A stretch of DNA of 54,632 nt, taken from Bacteroidales bacterium. GTDB lineage: Bacteria; Bacteroidota; Bacteroidia; Bacteroidales; CAIWKO01. A program made the translations under genes and the position numbers. Below, in pieces: positions 22,445 to 31,950 of this stretch. Each line of letters opens with the position of its first letter. The stretch's first letter is position 1. The notes beneath the pieces were generated by a model, which ran no database searches, was not told the DNA's origin, and worked only from the letters and a program-made list of their open reading frames with translations. The DNA is taken from positions 1-54,632 of the forward strand of contig DAOORA010000024.1 in NCBI GenBank assembly GCA_035389045.1. Direction: 5' to 3'.

Positions 22445-23632
22445 TTAATCAAGTATTTCTATTACCTGACCAGCGCCTACGGTTCTGCCGCCTTCACGGA
22501 TAGCAAATCGTAAGTTCAGGTTCATGGCAATTTCAGAAATCAACTTAACTTCAATAACCAGGTTGTCGCCGGGCATTACCATTTCAACGCCTTCGGGCAA
22601 GGTAACTTCACCGGTAACATCCGTAGTTCTGAAATAAAACTGAGGACGATATTTATTATGGAAGGGGGTATGGCGGCCACCTTCTTCTTTTTTCAGGATA
22701 TAAACCTGTCCTTTGAAATGGGTATGAGGCTTCACTGAACCGGGTTTAGCGACAACCATTCCTCTGAAAATCTGATCTTTATCAATACCTCTGAGCAGTA
22801 ATCCGGTATTGTCACCCGCTTCGCCACGATCTAATATCTTCCTGAACATTTCAACACCTGTGACGACTGATTTCAGCTTTTCAGCACCAAGTCCGATAAT
22901 TTCAACAGGGTCACCTGAGTTGATAACTCCGGTTTCTATTCTACCTGTGGCAACTGTTCCACGGCCTGTAATCGAAAATACGTCTTCAACAGGCATAAGG
23001 AAATCTTTTTCAATTTCGCGGACAGGCATAGGAATATATGTATCGCAAGCTTCCATCAGTTCCATAACTTTTTCCACCCATGTGGGTTCGAGGTTCAATC
23101 CGCCTAAAGCAGAGCCCCTGATGACCGGTGTATTTTCTCCGTCGAAGCCATAAAATGTGAGTCTGTCTCTGATTTCCATTTCAACGATTTCCAGGAGTTC
23201 TTCATCATCAACAAGGTCAACTTTGTTCATAAAAACAACGATCTTGGGAACACCAACCTGGCGGGCCAGAAGAATATGTTCGTTAGTCTGGGGCATAGGA
23301 CCATCGGTAGCTGCAACAACAAGGATAGCGCCATCCATCTGGGCGGCACCGGTTACCATGTTCTTGATATAGTCAGCGTGTCCCGGGCAGTCAACGTGGG
23401 CATAGTGCCTGTTTGCAGTTGAATACTCGATATGGGCGGTATTGATCGTAATACCTCTTTCTTTTTCTTCAGGAGCATTGTCAATTGAATCGAATGATCT
23501 GAATTCTGACAAACCTTTCTGTGACAGAACTAAGGTGATAGCTGCCGTTAAGGTTGTCTTGCCATGGTCGATATGACCTATTGTCCCAATATTAACATGG
23601 GGTTTGGAACGTTCGTACTTTTCTTTTGCCAT
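22445..23632 (-). CDS. tuf: Elongation factor Tu
   Basis: [31 protein letters not shown]. Confidence 0.99.
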   Translation of the reverse strand: MAKEKYERSKPHVNIGTIGHIDHGKTTLTAAITLVLSQKGLSEFRSFDSIDNAPEEKERGITINTAHIEYSTANRHYAHVDCPGHADYIKNMVTGAAQMDGAILVVAATDGPMPQTNEHILLARQVGVPKIVVFMNKVDLVDDEELLEIVEMEIRDRLTFYGFDGENTPVIRGSALGGLNLEPTWVEKVMELMEACDTYIPMPVREIEKDFLMPVEDVFSITGRGTVATGRIETGVINSGDPVEIIGLGAEKLKSVVTGVEMFRKILDRGEAGDNTGLLLRGIDKDQIFRGMVVAKPGSVKPHTHFKGQVYILKKEEGGRHTPFHNKYRPQFYFRTTDVTGEVTLPEGVEMVMPGDNLVIEVKLISEIAMNLNLRFAIREGGRTVGAGQVIEILD

Positions 23633-23691
23633 TTTAATTTAAGTTTGTTAGGTGATTTTAATATATTCTATTTATTTATTATTCAATGTTG

Positions 23692-23763
23692 AGCCATTGA
23701 TGAGAATTGAACTCATGACCCCTTCCTTACCAAGGAAGTGCTCTACCCCTGAGCTACAACGGC
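23692..23763 (-). tRNA. tRNA-Thr (GGT)
   Basis: Anticodon arm CTTCC-TTGGTAA-GGAAG; acceptor GCCGTTG/CAATGGC. Confidence 0.96.
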
Positions 23764-23768
23764 TTATT

Positions 23769-23844
23769 TGGAGCGGAAGACGGGGCTCGAACCCGCCACC
23801 TAAAGCTTGGAAGGCTTTCGCTCTACCAAATGAGCTACTTCCGC
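23769..23844 (-). tRNA. tRNA-Gly (TCC), CCA encoded
   Basis: Anticodon arm AAAGC-CTTCCAA-GCTTT; acceptor GCGGAAG/CTTCCGC-TCCA. Confidence 0.97.
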
Positions 23845-23889
23845 CTGTGTAAAAAAACACTTATTGCTAAAACAACGCAATTTGTAATG

Positions 23890-23971
23890 TGGGGAGAGGA
23901 GGAATCGAACCTCCGAAGGCATCGCCAACAGATTTACAGTCTGCCCCATTTGACCGCTCTGGAATCTCCCC
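23890..23971 (-). tRNA. tRNA-Tyr (GTA)
   Basis: GCAGA-CTGTAAA-TCTGT anticodon arm, long variable arm, GGGGAGA/TCTCCCC acceptor. Confidence 0.97.
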
Positions 23972-23992
23972 AAATACGCTTCAAAGAACGTG

Positions 23993-24066
23993 AGCCGAAA
24001 GAGGGATTCGAACCCCCGACCCGCTGATTACAAATCAGCTGCTCTGGCCAACTGAGCTATTCCGGC
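23993..24066 (-). tRNA. tRNA-Thr (TGT)
   Basis: GCTGA-TTTGTAA-TCAGC anticodon arm; acceptor GCCGGAA/TTTCGGC. Confidence 0.97.
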
Positions 24067-24107
24067 AAGGCCACTACTTTTTAATATTGAAAATCAAACA
24101 TTTATAT

Positions 24108-24147
24108 AAAAAAAGCAGTCCTCTTTCAAAAAAGGACTGCAAATTTA
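24108..24147 (-). promoter_or_regulatory. Overlapping raiA terminator and -7 promoter (TAAATTTG) of the tRNA-tuf operon
   Basis: Minus strand TAAATTTG-CAGTCCTTTTTTGAAAGAGGACTGC-TTTTTTT. Confidence 0.65.
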
Positions 24148-24195
24148 CAAAGTATTTAGTTATCAACAAAGAAATTAATTCATTTTTTTTTTTAT

Positions 24196-24495
24196 TTATA
24201 AACCTTTTATTTTTTCTTTGTGTTTAACTAACTGTTTGCGAAGTGCATCAACAGCGACGTCTGTGGCTTGTTCAAAAGAACTTGACTGTTTCCTGGCAAA
24301 CAAATCATTGCCCGGTAACATCAGGCGGATTTCGGTAACTTTATTTTTTTCTTTATCATTTTTTTCAACTCGCAGCGTAACTTCCGAAGCTATTAATCCA
24401 TCGTATAGCCCCGACAATTTTTCAACTTTATCCTGGATATAGTCTTCCAGTTTTTTATCTGTTTTGAAACGAACTGATGTGATGTTGACTTTCAT
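24196..24495 (-). CDS. raiA: Ribosome hibernation factor HPF/RaiA (short form)
   Basis: YIQDKVEKL, GNDLFA, SFEQATDVAVDALRKQLVKHK; conserved rpsU-xerC-raiA order. Confidence 0.93.
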   Translation of the reverse strand: MKVNITSVRFKTDKKLEDYIQDKVEKLSGLYDGLIASEVTLRVEKNDKEKNKVTEIRLMLPGNDLFARKQSSSFEQATDVAVDALRKQLVKHKEKIKGL

Positions 24496-24511
24496 AAAAA
24501 ACCTCCTTTTT

Positions 24512-25396
24512 TTAAGCTTTGGGATGAGCCTGTTTATAAACTGTTTTTAATTTTTCAATAGTATTATGAGTATAAACCTGTGTCGCAGAAAGATTTGCAT
24601 GACCAAGTATTTCTTTTACAGAATTCAGATCAGCTCCGTGGTTGAGCATATGAGTGGCAAAGGTGTGTCTTAGCACGTGCGGACTTTTTTTATCCTGTGA
24701 GGTTATTACGCTAAGATAATATATTACGATACGATAAACAAGTTTTTGATAAACTTTTTTTCCTTTTTCGGTGATAAAAAAATTATCACTACTGTCTATA
24801 AAAGTTTTTGATTTTAAATCAAGATAATCTTTTATAAATTGTTGCAGCCTGTTATTATAAGGTATGATACGTTCTTTGTTTCTTTTTCCGAGAACTTTTA
24901 TGGTCATTTGATACATGTTCACGTCGTTTTCTTTAAGATTTACCAGTTCGGACAAGCGCATACCGGTATCATAAAGCATCTCAATAATAAGATGGTCACG
25001 CATTTTTACAAAATCATTTCCCTGTTCCTGAAAATATTTATCAAGCAGCGCTATCATTTTGTTTTCTTCAACAAACGAAGGAAGTCTTTTTGATGTTTTG
25101 GGCGATAAAACCCTGATCATGGGATTTTCTGACGAAATCCCGTGCTTATTCAAAAATCTGAAAAACGAATTCAGGGCTGCTTTTTTGCGGTTGACCGAAC
25201 GTGCCGATATTTTGTGCTCCATCAATTGCACAAACCACGACCTTATCATAACCGGTGTAGCACCGGAAAGCTCATTTATTCCGTACTGCTGTGAAAGAAA
25301 TTCCGAAAACTGCTCCAGATCGGTTTTATAACTTGTCACCGTATAAGGAGAGAATCTTTTTTCAAACTGCAGATAATGTAAAAAACGCTCCAACAT
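24512..25396 (-). CDS. xerC: Tyrosine recombinase XerC/XerD family (chromosome dimer resolution)
   Basis: YDTGMRLSEL, GKRNKER, SPHVLRHTFATH, LGHANLSATQVYTH; housekeeping synteny. Confidence 0.93.
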   Translation of the reverse strand: MLERFLHYLQFEKRFSPYTVTSYKTDLEQFSEFLSQQYGINELSGATPVMIRSWFVQLMEHKISARSVNRKKAALNSFFRFLNKHGISSENPMIRVLSPKTSKRLPSFVEENKMIALLDKYFQEQGNDFVKMRDHLIIEMLYDTGMRLSELVNLKENDVNMYQMTIKVLGKRNKERIIPYNNRLQQFIKDYLDLKSKTFIDSSDNFFITEKGKKVYQKLVYRIVIYYLSVITSQDKKSPHVLRHTFATHMLNHGADLNSVKEILGHANLSATQVYTHNTIEKLKTVYKQAHPKA

Positions 25397-25504
25397 TAAA
25401 TAAAAAAAGAATAAACCCCGTTTCTTATAAAAGTGAACGTAAAAATATACATTCTATTATAAAAAAGCAAGATTTATTCTTACCTGGTAAAAATTAAGAA
25501 GCTT

Positions 25505-25699
25505 TTATTTGTTTTTTTCGTCGTTGAGCTTCTGGATATAAGCAGCTTTCAAGACTTCTTCCCTGCGTTTTACAGAAGGTTTTGTGAATTTCTGGCGTTC
25601 GCGTAGTTCTTTAACAACGCCGGTTTTTTCAAATTTCCTTTTGTATTTTTTCAGGGCTTTGTCAATGTTTTCGCCTTCTTTTACCGGAATAATGATCAT
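25505..25699 (-). CDS. rpsU: 30S ribosomal protein bS21
   Basis: ENIDKALKKYKRKF, FTKPSVKRR, C-terminal KAAY; TATTTTTG promoter at 25762-25769. Confidence 0.98.
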   Translation of the reverse strand: MIIIPVKEGENIDKALKKYKRKFEKTGVVKELRERQKFTKPSVKRREEVLKAAYIQKLNDEKNK

Positions 25700-25984
25700 A
25701 AAAAAATTCTCTCTTTCTTTTAATGATTAATAAATAATTGAATCCCCAACAATTGGGGCTGCAAAAATAGTAAATATTTTATTTCAATAGAGTTAATTAA
25801 AAAAAATTTTCTTATAAAAACAATAACTTGTTTTCTACCAAACTGAGATTTGTTCCGAACATAACTGCCGGGGTGACTACGCAGAGGCCATTTAAGTTGG
25901 CAGACCCCCCCGACACTTTCAGGGAGAAAATGACAGAATAAGCCGGAACGCAGTCTTACCGCCAACTGGCGAATAGGATGGCTA

Positions 25985-26247
25985 TGACTGACTGCGGGTT
26001 ATCTCGTCACTCAGAGTTCTTTTTCCAAATAAGACTTCATTTACTGTTTAAATCATCGAAAAATGTGTCCCTGCCTGCGTGCCGGGCACTCCGGCAGGCA
26101 GGGACAATCTTCTCCTTTCACTTTGTTTCAGGAGAATCTGCTCTGACTGACAGCATTACTCCTGTCACACTGAGCCGCTTGTCCGGCAGGATTACTAATA
26201 TGGTATAATTCTTAAGAAAAGCGCGTCTCTGACTGACTGCGGGCTAT
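25985..26247. repeat. Cluster of REP-like palindromes and direct repeats
   Basis: TGACTGACTGCGGG(T/C)TAT at 25985 and 26230; CTCTGACTGACAG..CTGTCACACTGAG hairpin at 26141; TGTCCCTGCCTGC..GCAGGCAGGGACA at 26066-26106. Confidence 0.65.
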
Positions 26248-26358
26248 TGTTATATTTTCAGGATAACTAATATTAATTATTTGAGTCCATTCCATAAAAT
26301 CAAACTTCTACCCTCACCCATTCAAGTACTTCTTGATAGAATTTGTACTTTTGTATCC

Positions 26359-26928
26359 ATGCACACCATCGAACCATATTACAACTGGAGACACCTCTAC
26401 ATCGCATCGGAAGACGTACGTTCGCCCTTTTATGGCAACACATACAGTGAATTTGAGTTCTCATATGCTGTGTATAATTATTTAATTCATCCGCAATGGG
26501 ATTGTTTCGGATCGGCAACCCTTTACATTAAATTATTATATGCTGATTACCGGAAAAATTTTGCAATCCTCGAATTTATCGGTGAATGGAATGATTGCCT
26601 GTACAATGATATTAAATTTCTGAAGGAAAATGTCATTGATATTTTAATAGGGAATGGTATCAATAAGTTTATACTGATAGGCGAAAACATCCTGAACTTC
26701 CATTTTTCGGATGATTCGTATTATGAGGAATGGTTTGATGAAATTGAAGACGGATGGATAGCCTGTGTGAATTTCAGGGATCATGTTGTTAAGGAATTTG
26801 AACACGGCCATATTGATTATTACCTGGCCTTTGGTGAAAAATTAAATCAGATACTCTGGCGCAAATCGGATCCTTCCCAATTTTTTGAACTTGTTTCGGA
26901 AATGATGACAAAACGGCTTACACCCTGA
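26359..26928 (+). CDS. Conserved hypothetical Bacteroidota protein
   Basis: MHTIEPYYNWR..YNYLIHPQWD.FGS.TLY.K..IGEWND; ATG 26359 lies directly after a TACTTTTG promoter. Confidence 0.8.
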   Translation: MHTIEPYYNWRHLYIASEDVRSPFYGNTYSEFEFSYAVYNYLIHPQWDCFGSATLYIKLLYADYRKNFAILEFIGEWNDCLYNDIKFLKENVIDILIGNGINKFILIGENILNFHFSDDSYYEEWFDEIEDGWIACVNFRDHVVKEFEHGHIDYYLAFGEKLNQILWRKSDPSQFFELVSEMMTKRLTP

Positions 26929-26931
26929 CAC

Positions 26932-27207
26932 ATGAACATACATTTGAACATTACCGTTTCGGGCAGGGTGCAGAAAATCGGATTTCGTTACAGCACCCTG
27001 GATGTTGCAACACAACTGGGAATACATGGATTTGTCCGCAACCTTCCCAACGGGAACGTATATATTGAGGCCGAAGGCAGGGAAGAAGATGTAAGGGCAT
27101 TTGCAGCCTGGTGCCGCCAGGGGCCTCCCTGGGCCAGGGTAGATGACATTGAGGTTGAAAAATCCGAGATTAAAGGATATCCTGATTTTACGATCAAAAG
27201 AGATTAA
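26932..27207 (+). CDS. acyP: Acylphosphatase
   Basis: VSGRVQKIGFR, GFVRNLPNG.V, W.RQGPPWARV. Confidence 0.95.
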   Translation: MNIHLNITVSGRVQKIGFRYSTLDVATQLGIHGFVRNLPNGNVYIEAEGREEDVRAFAAWCRQGPPWARVDDIEVEKSEIKGYPDFTIKRD

Positions 27208-27248
27208 GAAGTTTTTCAGCTATTCCGGGTAGTATACTAATAAGCGTA

Positions 27249-27911
27249 TCATTTCAATGCCCTTATGAACTCTCTTTTTCCCGGAGGGCCGGGCAGTTTT
27301 TCGATACTGAAACCGGCGGATTTTAATGCTCTTTTCACATCGCCCTTACAGGAATAGGTAACCAAAAAACCTCCTGTTTTCATGGACTGGCAGATCTTGT
27401 CAAAAATCGCTGACGACCATAGCTCCGGGCATACAGCAGGTGCAAAAGCATCGAAATAAACCAGGTCGAAAAAGGATTTTTCAAAAACAATTTCTTCTAT
27501 TTTTTCCTCCCTGACATGTAAAAAGAAATGTTCCGTGATTGGTTGTGCATTGACTGTCTCGTTTATTTCTTTAAAAAACTTATCAGCATCCTGAACCCCG
27601 GTAAGCGCCGGATAATTCAAAGCGGCCAGCAATCTTTTATCCGGGCGGAAAGGCTCAACACCCATATAATAAACATCCCGCTGATCGTTATTGGTTTCGA
27701 TCAATGTCAACAACGCATTCAGCCCCGTTCCGAAACCCACTTCGAGTATGTTTAACGCATCTTTATGTTGAGTTGCATAACGATAACCGGCGTTAATAAA
27801 AATATGTACAGATTCGGTAATGGCACCGTTCCTGGAATGATAACTTTCATTCCATTCAGGGATAAAAATGGTTTCGGAACCATCGGCCGTAATGATGATT
27901 TTGCTTTTCAT
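27249..27911 (-). CDS. mnmD: tRNA mnm5s2U34 methyltransferase (MnmC N-domain / MnmD)
   Basis: TADGS.T, ESYHSRNGA, ILEVGFGTGLN, YFDAFAP, PGPPGKRE. Confidence 0.93.
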   Translation of the reverse strand: MKSKIIITADGSETIFIPEWNESYHSRNGAITESVHIFINAGYRYATQHKDALNILEVGFGTGLNALLTLIETNNDQRDVYYMGVEPFRPDKRLLAALNYPALTGVQDADKFFKEINETVNAQPITEHFFLHVREEKIEEIVFEKSFFDLVYFDAFAPAVCPELWSSAIFDKICQSMKTGGFLVTYSCKGDVKRALKSAGFSIEKLPGPPGKREFIRALK

Positions 27912-27913
27912 GG

Positions 27914-29206
27914 TCAATCCCTGTTATAAACCGGCAGTATTGCAATGACCGTATCCTGAAAATTAAATGAGTTTAATGTTCCGTTGGGCCAGAACCGGTT
28001 TTTTCTCACTGTAAAGAAGTTTTCAGAAAAGTAGTAACAGCCTTCGGTTTCATCATATACGATGCAGCAGGGATTCTGGGCATTTGCCCATTGTTCACAG
28101 TTTACCTGATCGTATCCGAAATACCAGACACCATTACCCGACAGGAAAAGATATGCTGAGGGTGCAATGCATACCACATCAGTGAAAGTCCCGTTTGCAA
28201 AAACATATCTGTCAGTGACCATACCTGTAGAAAGTGAAAAGAGCTTTATCACCCCCTGACCCTGAAAGTTGCAAAACAATAAAAACAGATCATCGCCTAA
28301 CGGGAACATCTTCTGGATTTCATAATTTATCTGGATTTTTTTATAAATGGATAAGGAGCTCTTATAATAAGCGACAAGATGCTTGTGTATCCCGTCGGGA
28401 CTTATTTCATAGGTAATCAGGTATTCGTTATACGGCAAAAAAACAAACGGATATTCACCGTTTCCAATCACGCGTGAGGCAATTATGCTGCCCGTTTCAT
28501 TATATATGGCAAATCTGCCTTCACGGAAGGAAACGTACAGACGGGAATCATAAATGGCTATGGCAACGAAATACGGAAAAGGCGGACTGACTATCACCGG
28601 GACATTCCACAGCATTTGCCAGTCAAAGATGCTGTAAACAGATATATCACCGGTGCTTCTACCAGCGATATAAAGCTGCTGTGCATCAGAACTCACTCCG
28701 GATCCGCAATAATCGGAAGCAAGGGATTGAATACAGCTTATATTATTCAGGCTGTCAATTTTATTTATTGTAATATGGTTGCCGTTTTTGGTCAGCGCCA
28801 ACACAAATTTCAGTCTTTTCGCAACCTGCCGAACTCTGATCTTTCTGAATTCATTTGTTACATTACTGCCGTCAGAAGCAGAAACCACAATGTAGTAAGA
28901 TCCGGTGGGTAACAATAAATCATCTATCAGGATACCCTTATTGATATCTGAACAATTGTGTTCAGGATAAAAGGTATATGCGGTTGAAACAGCCGAATAA
29001 AATTCATTCAGAAGTTTCACCGATACATACTCCAATCGCCGGTCGTCGCAAACATTCGTACTAACATGTATAGTTTCACCGACATTAAACTGTTGATTTT
29101 CATAAGGCATAGTAATGACCACCTGCGGCGCAAGCTTGTCGTTTTCTTTTTTGCAGGAACAAAAGAACAAAACCGGAAGGAGTATCAGAACCAATCTTTT
29201 ATACAT
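27914..29206 (-). CDS. Hypothetical lipoprotein (N-terminal Ig-like domain, probable beta-propeller)
   Basis: Lipobox FCS-C, D..AP.V.I..P Ig-like start, repeated beta-rich blades. Confidence 0.75.
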   Translation of the reverse strand: MYKRLVLILLPVLFFCSCKKENDKLAPQVVITMPYENQQFNVGETIHVSTNVCDDRRLEYVSVKLLNEFYSAVSTAYTFYPEHNCSDINKGILIDDLLLPTGSYYIVVSASDGSNVTNEFRKIRVRQVAKRLKFVLALTKNGNHITINKIDSLNNISCIQSLASDYCGSGVSSDAQQLYIAGRSTGDISVYSIFDWQMLWNVPVIVSPPFPYFVAIAIYDSRLYVSFREGRFAIYNETGSIIASRVIGNGEYPFVFLPYNEYLITYEISPDGIHKHLVAYYKSSLSIYKKIQINYEIQKMFPLGDDLFLLFCNFQGQGVIKLFSLSTGMVTDRYVFANGTFTDVVCIAPSAYLFLSGNGVWYFGYDQVNCEQWANAQNPCCIVYDETEGCYYFSENFFTVRKNRFWPNGTLNSFNFQDTVIAILPVYNRD

Positions 29207-29444
29207 ATAACAAAAATATTAAAAATATAAATGCCCAGGGCTATTTCAGGTTAATATTTTGACGATAAATCATTCAAAAACAATTCCGGTTTTTTCCGAA
29301 AAAGGCAAAATAGTTTGTATCACATCATTATACACCGCATTAAAGATTGAAATTTATGATAATAACTTGGAAATATGAAAAAAAAATTGTAATTTTATAG
29401 TAAATAATGAATTACCATCAATAATATCATTAAAAAGTGAATTT

Positions 29445-29837
29445 ATGGAAAATTATATTTGCCCTTATTGCAAAGGCCATCTGAATGTGAATGACAACAT
29501 CGTTCTGATTGTAAGAAATAAAAAAGACAAACAAGGGTTGGTTTTTCTCAGTACCGAACTCGGAAATTATTCCAGCCACATGATCTCATCGCTGGAGATC
29601 GAAAAAGGCGATGCGGTGGACTTCTTTTGCCCTTATTGTCATACCAACATTGAGTTTCATAAAGAAAAAACCAATCTGGTCCGGCTGACGCGGGAGGACA
29701 AACACGGCAAAAAATCCCAGGTTATTTTTTCAAAGATTTACGGTGAAAAAGCCACGTATCACATTGATGAACACAAGGTAATGTCGTATGGGGAACATGC
29801 CAAACAATATATGGACCCTGAATGGTTTTTAAGGTAA
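29445..29837 (+). CDS. Hypothetical protein with two CPYC motifs (putative metal-binding)
   Basis: YICPYCKGHL and FFCPYCH; 130-aa ORF in AT-rich flanks. Confidence 0.8.
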   Translation: MENYICPYCKGHLNVNDNIVLIVRNKKDKQGLVFLSTELGNYSSHMISSLEIEKGDAVDFFCPYCHTNIEFHKEKTNLVRLTREDKHGKKSQVIFSKIYGEKATYHIDEHKVMSYGEHAKQYMDPEWFLR

Positions 29838-29850
29838 GCGGTATAATACT

Positions 29851-31866
29851 TTAGTGTTTATCCCATTTGACCAATTTTTCGGATGCTGCTACTTTTCCGT
29901 CCATCTTCACCAGCAGGTAATACACACCCGGGCTGCATTCACCCAGGTTAATGCTATGCTGAATGTCGCAAGCCTGTTTCTCTGAATGATAAATGATCTT
30001 ACCCAATCCATCATAGACCGATATCTCAACCGGTGATAGCCGGCATACCGGGTCCACCTGTATATTAACCACATCCGTAAAGGGATTGGGAAATACGGAA
30101 ACCAGGCTGCCTATATCCTGAACATTGTCGATACCACTACCTGAACAGGTAACATCAAATTCCAAGGTATTTGTCATTATATTTCCATTAATATCAGCAA
30201 TATCTGAAATGAAAACCGAAATTGTATTCCCGGTAATGAGTGCAGGGTGGACTACCAGCAAAACAGTGTTTTGTACCTGTCCGAAAAATACAGTGTCAAT
30301 ATTGTTTCCTGAAGAGAAAACATAGGTTGCGGGGCTGAGCGCTGAAGAATCGACCAATTCATTGAAGACAACCTCCACGGTATCGCAGGATATCGCTGAC
30401 ACGGCTGTGACCACAGGAGGAATATCATCAGGCGCAAAAGTACCGGTAATTAAAATATCATCAATCCTGTTCTGTCCTGAAGTTACCGTATCGCCGGCAG
30501 CCGCAGAATCAGAAGTCATGATCCAGCGTATGAACACTTTTTCCTGTTTATTGCAGGCCGGAGGCAGGCTCAAACAAAAAATAGTTCCGGAAACAAAGTT
30601 GTCATTCAGTGCCTGAATCCCAGAACCCGCAACAGGGTGCCATGTAATAGTATCTAAACTATATTCTGCTACAAAATCGCGGGGGCCTGCGTTGGTACTT
30701 TTCTGACGTGAAAATAGTGTAAGATCGGTGTATCCTTCATCCGCTCCCGTTTTGCATGTAAATTCAGCAATCCAGTATTTGGTTCCTGCACCTGATGTCC
30801 ATCCGGAAGTACTCAGGCAGGGACCTGTAACACCTGAAGAATAAGAATATGTTCCGGTAAACCCGTTTTGTCTCTTGACAGCCTTACCGGCATTTTCCGG
30901 AATACCCACATCAGCAAAGCGGTTTGAATCAACAAAATTCCAATAGACAAGCGTATCGACAATTGAATATAGAACCGGAAACTTCTGGGGGCCGGTCATG
31001 ATATTTCCGGCAATATCTGCAATATTATCCACATACAGTGTATCCTGTATATTTATTATCAATGGTACAGATAGTTGCAGGAGAACCGTGTCGGGGGGGA
31101 TCAACGCAGCTGAATTGCAAATCGCATATTCTGAAAAGGTATAATTTGTAAATTCCTGAGCAGACAGCGGTTCGAGCGCTTCATTAAAGATGACCTCCAT
31201 GGTTGCCGGACCAAGAATTCTGATTTGGGTTACGGATGGCGGTATCGTTTCCGGCGGTAAAGGATACTCCTGACCAGAAATAAGTATGTCATCTATTCGG
31301 TTGTAACCCGTTGTGGTCAAACCTGTCCCGGCGGCATTGGAATCGGAAGTCATTATCCAACGGAGGTAAACAACAGGCTGAGTATCGCAAGCCGATGGAA
31401 GGGGAAGCATGGATACCGTTCCTGAAACAAAGTTATCATTCAGCACTTTAGTATCGGATCCGGGAACAGGAAACCAGTTGATGGTATCCAGACTGTATTC
31501 CACCTTAAAATCACGGGGGCCCGCATTGGTAGACTGCTGCCGTGAAGACAGTTTCAATGAAACATACCCGGTACCCGGACCTGTTTTAGTGGTAAAACCG
31601 ACCATCCAGAATTTTGTGGCAGCACCTGACGACCATGCCGAAGTACGCAAGCCGGGACCTGTGACACCCGCATCATAATAATATGTACCGGAAAATCCGT
31701 TCTGACGTTTTATTTTCTGGTTCAGGTTCAAAGGAATCCCCTTGTCGGCTATACGGTTGGAATCAGCAAATTCCCAGAATACAAGTGTATCCGTCTGTGA
31801 AAATGCCGAATTTACAAATAGTAATGCTGCAGACAGCGCCAGGAGGAATTTGATCTTTTGTATCAT
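29851..31866 (-). CDS. T9SS-secreted protein with a tandemly duplicated beta-sandwich + Ig-like module
   Basis: Signal peptide (AFS-Q); two ~278-aa repeats (DTLVxWxF..STNAGPRDF..NRIDDILI.G..PP.V); CTD VFPNPF..GVYYL..KLVK. Confidence 0.88.
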   Translation of the reverse strand: MIQKIKFLLALSAALLFVNSAFSQTDTLVFWEFADSNRIADKGIPLNLNQKIKRQNGFSGTYYYDAGVTGPGLRTSAWSSGAATKFWMVGFTTKTGPGTGYVSLKLSSRQQSTNAGPRDFKVEYSLDTINWFPVPGSDTKVLNDNFVSGTVSMLPLPSACDTQPVVYLRWIMTSDSNAAGTGLTTTGYNRIDDILISGQEYPLPPETIPPSVTQIRILGPATMEVIFNEALEPLSAQEFTNYTFSEYAICNSAALIPPDTVLLQLSVPLIINIQDTLYVDNIADIAGNIMTGPQKFPVLYSIVDTLVYWNFVDSNRFADVGIPENAGKAVKRQNGFTGTYSYSSGVTGPCLSTSGWTSGAGTKYWIAEFTCKTGADEGYTDLTLFSRQKSTNAGPRDFVAEYSLDTITWHPVAGSGIQALNDNFVSGTIFCLSLPPACNKQEKVFIRWIMTSDSAAAGDTVTSGQNRIDDILITGTFAPDDIPPVVTAVSAISCDTVEVVFNELVDSSALSPATYVFSSGNNIDTVFFGQVQNTVLLVVHPALITGNTISVFISDIADINGNIMTNTLEFDVTCSGSGIDNVQDIGSLVSVFPNPFTDVVNIQVDPVCRLSPVEISVYDGLGKIIYHSEKQACDIQHSINLGECSPGVYYLLVKMDGKVAASEKLVKWDKH

Positions 31867-31950
31867 ATTGCTGAATTTTATTATACTGAACTTTACTTAC
31901 ACGGTTCAAAAATACAACATTGAGTTCACTCAGAAAAGTCACAATTGAAT

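Noticed and set aside
11066..23372. Many 60-175 aa antisense ORFs over rpoBC, ribosomal protein genes and tuf
   Set aside because: These are shadow ORFs from codon bias of highly conserved genes, with no recognisable motifs.
23652..24027. Short ORFs across the tRNA cluster
   Set aside because: Fully explained by four tRNA genes.
24512..25396. Integrase of a prophage or island next to the tRNA cluster
   Set aside because: rpsU-xerC-raiA-tRNA is the normal Bacteroidota arrangement; no att duplication of a tRNA 3' end or cargo genes were seen.
25985..26247. CRISPR array
   Set aside because: Only 2-3 short degenerate repeats with irregular spacing; no cas genes.
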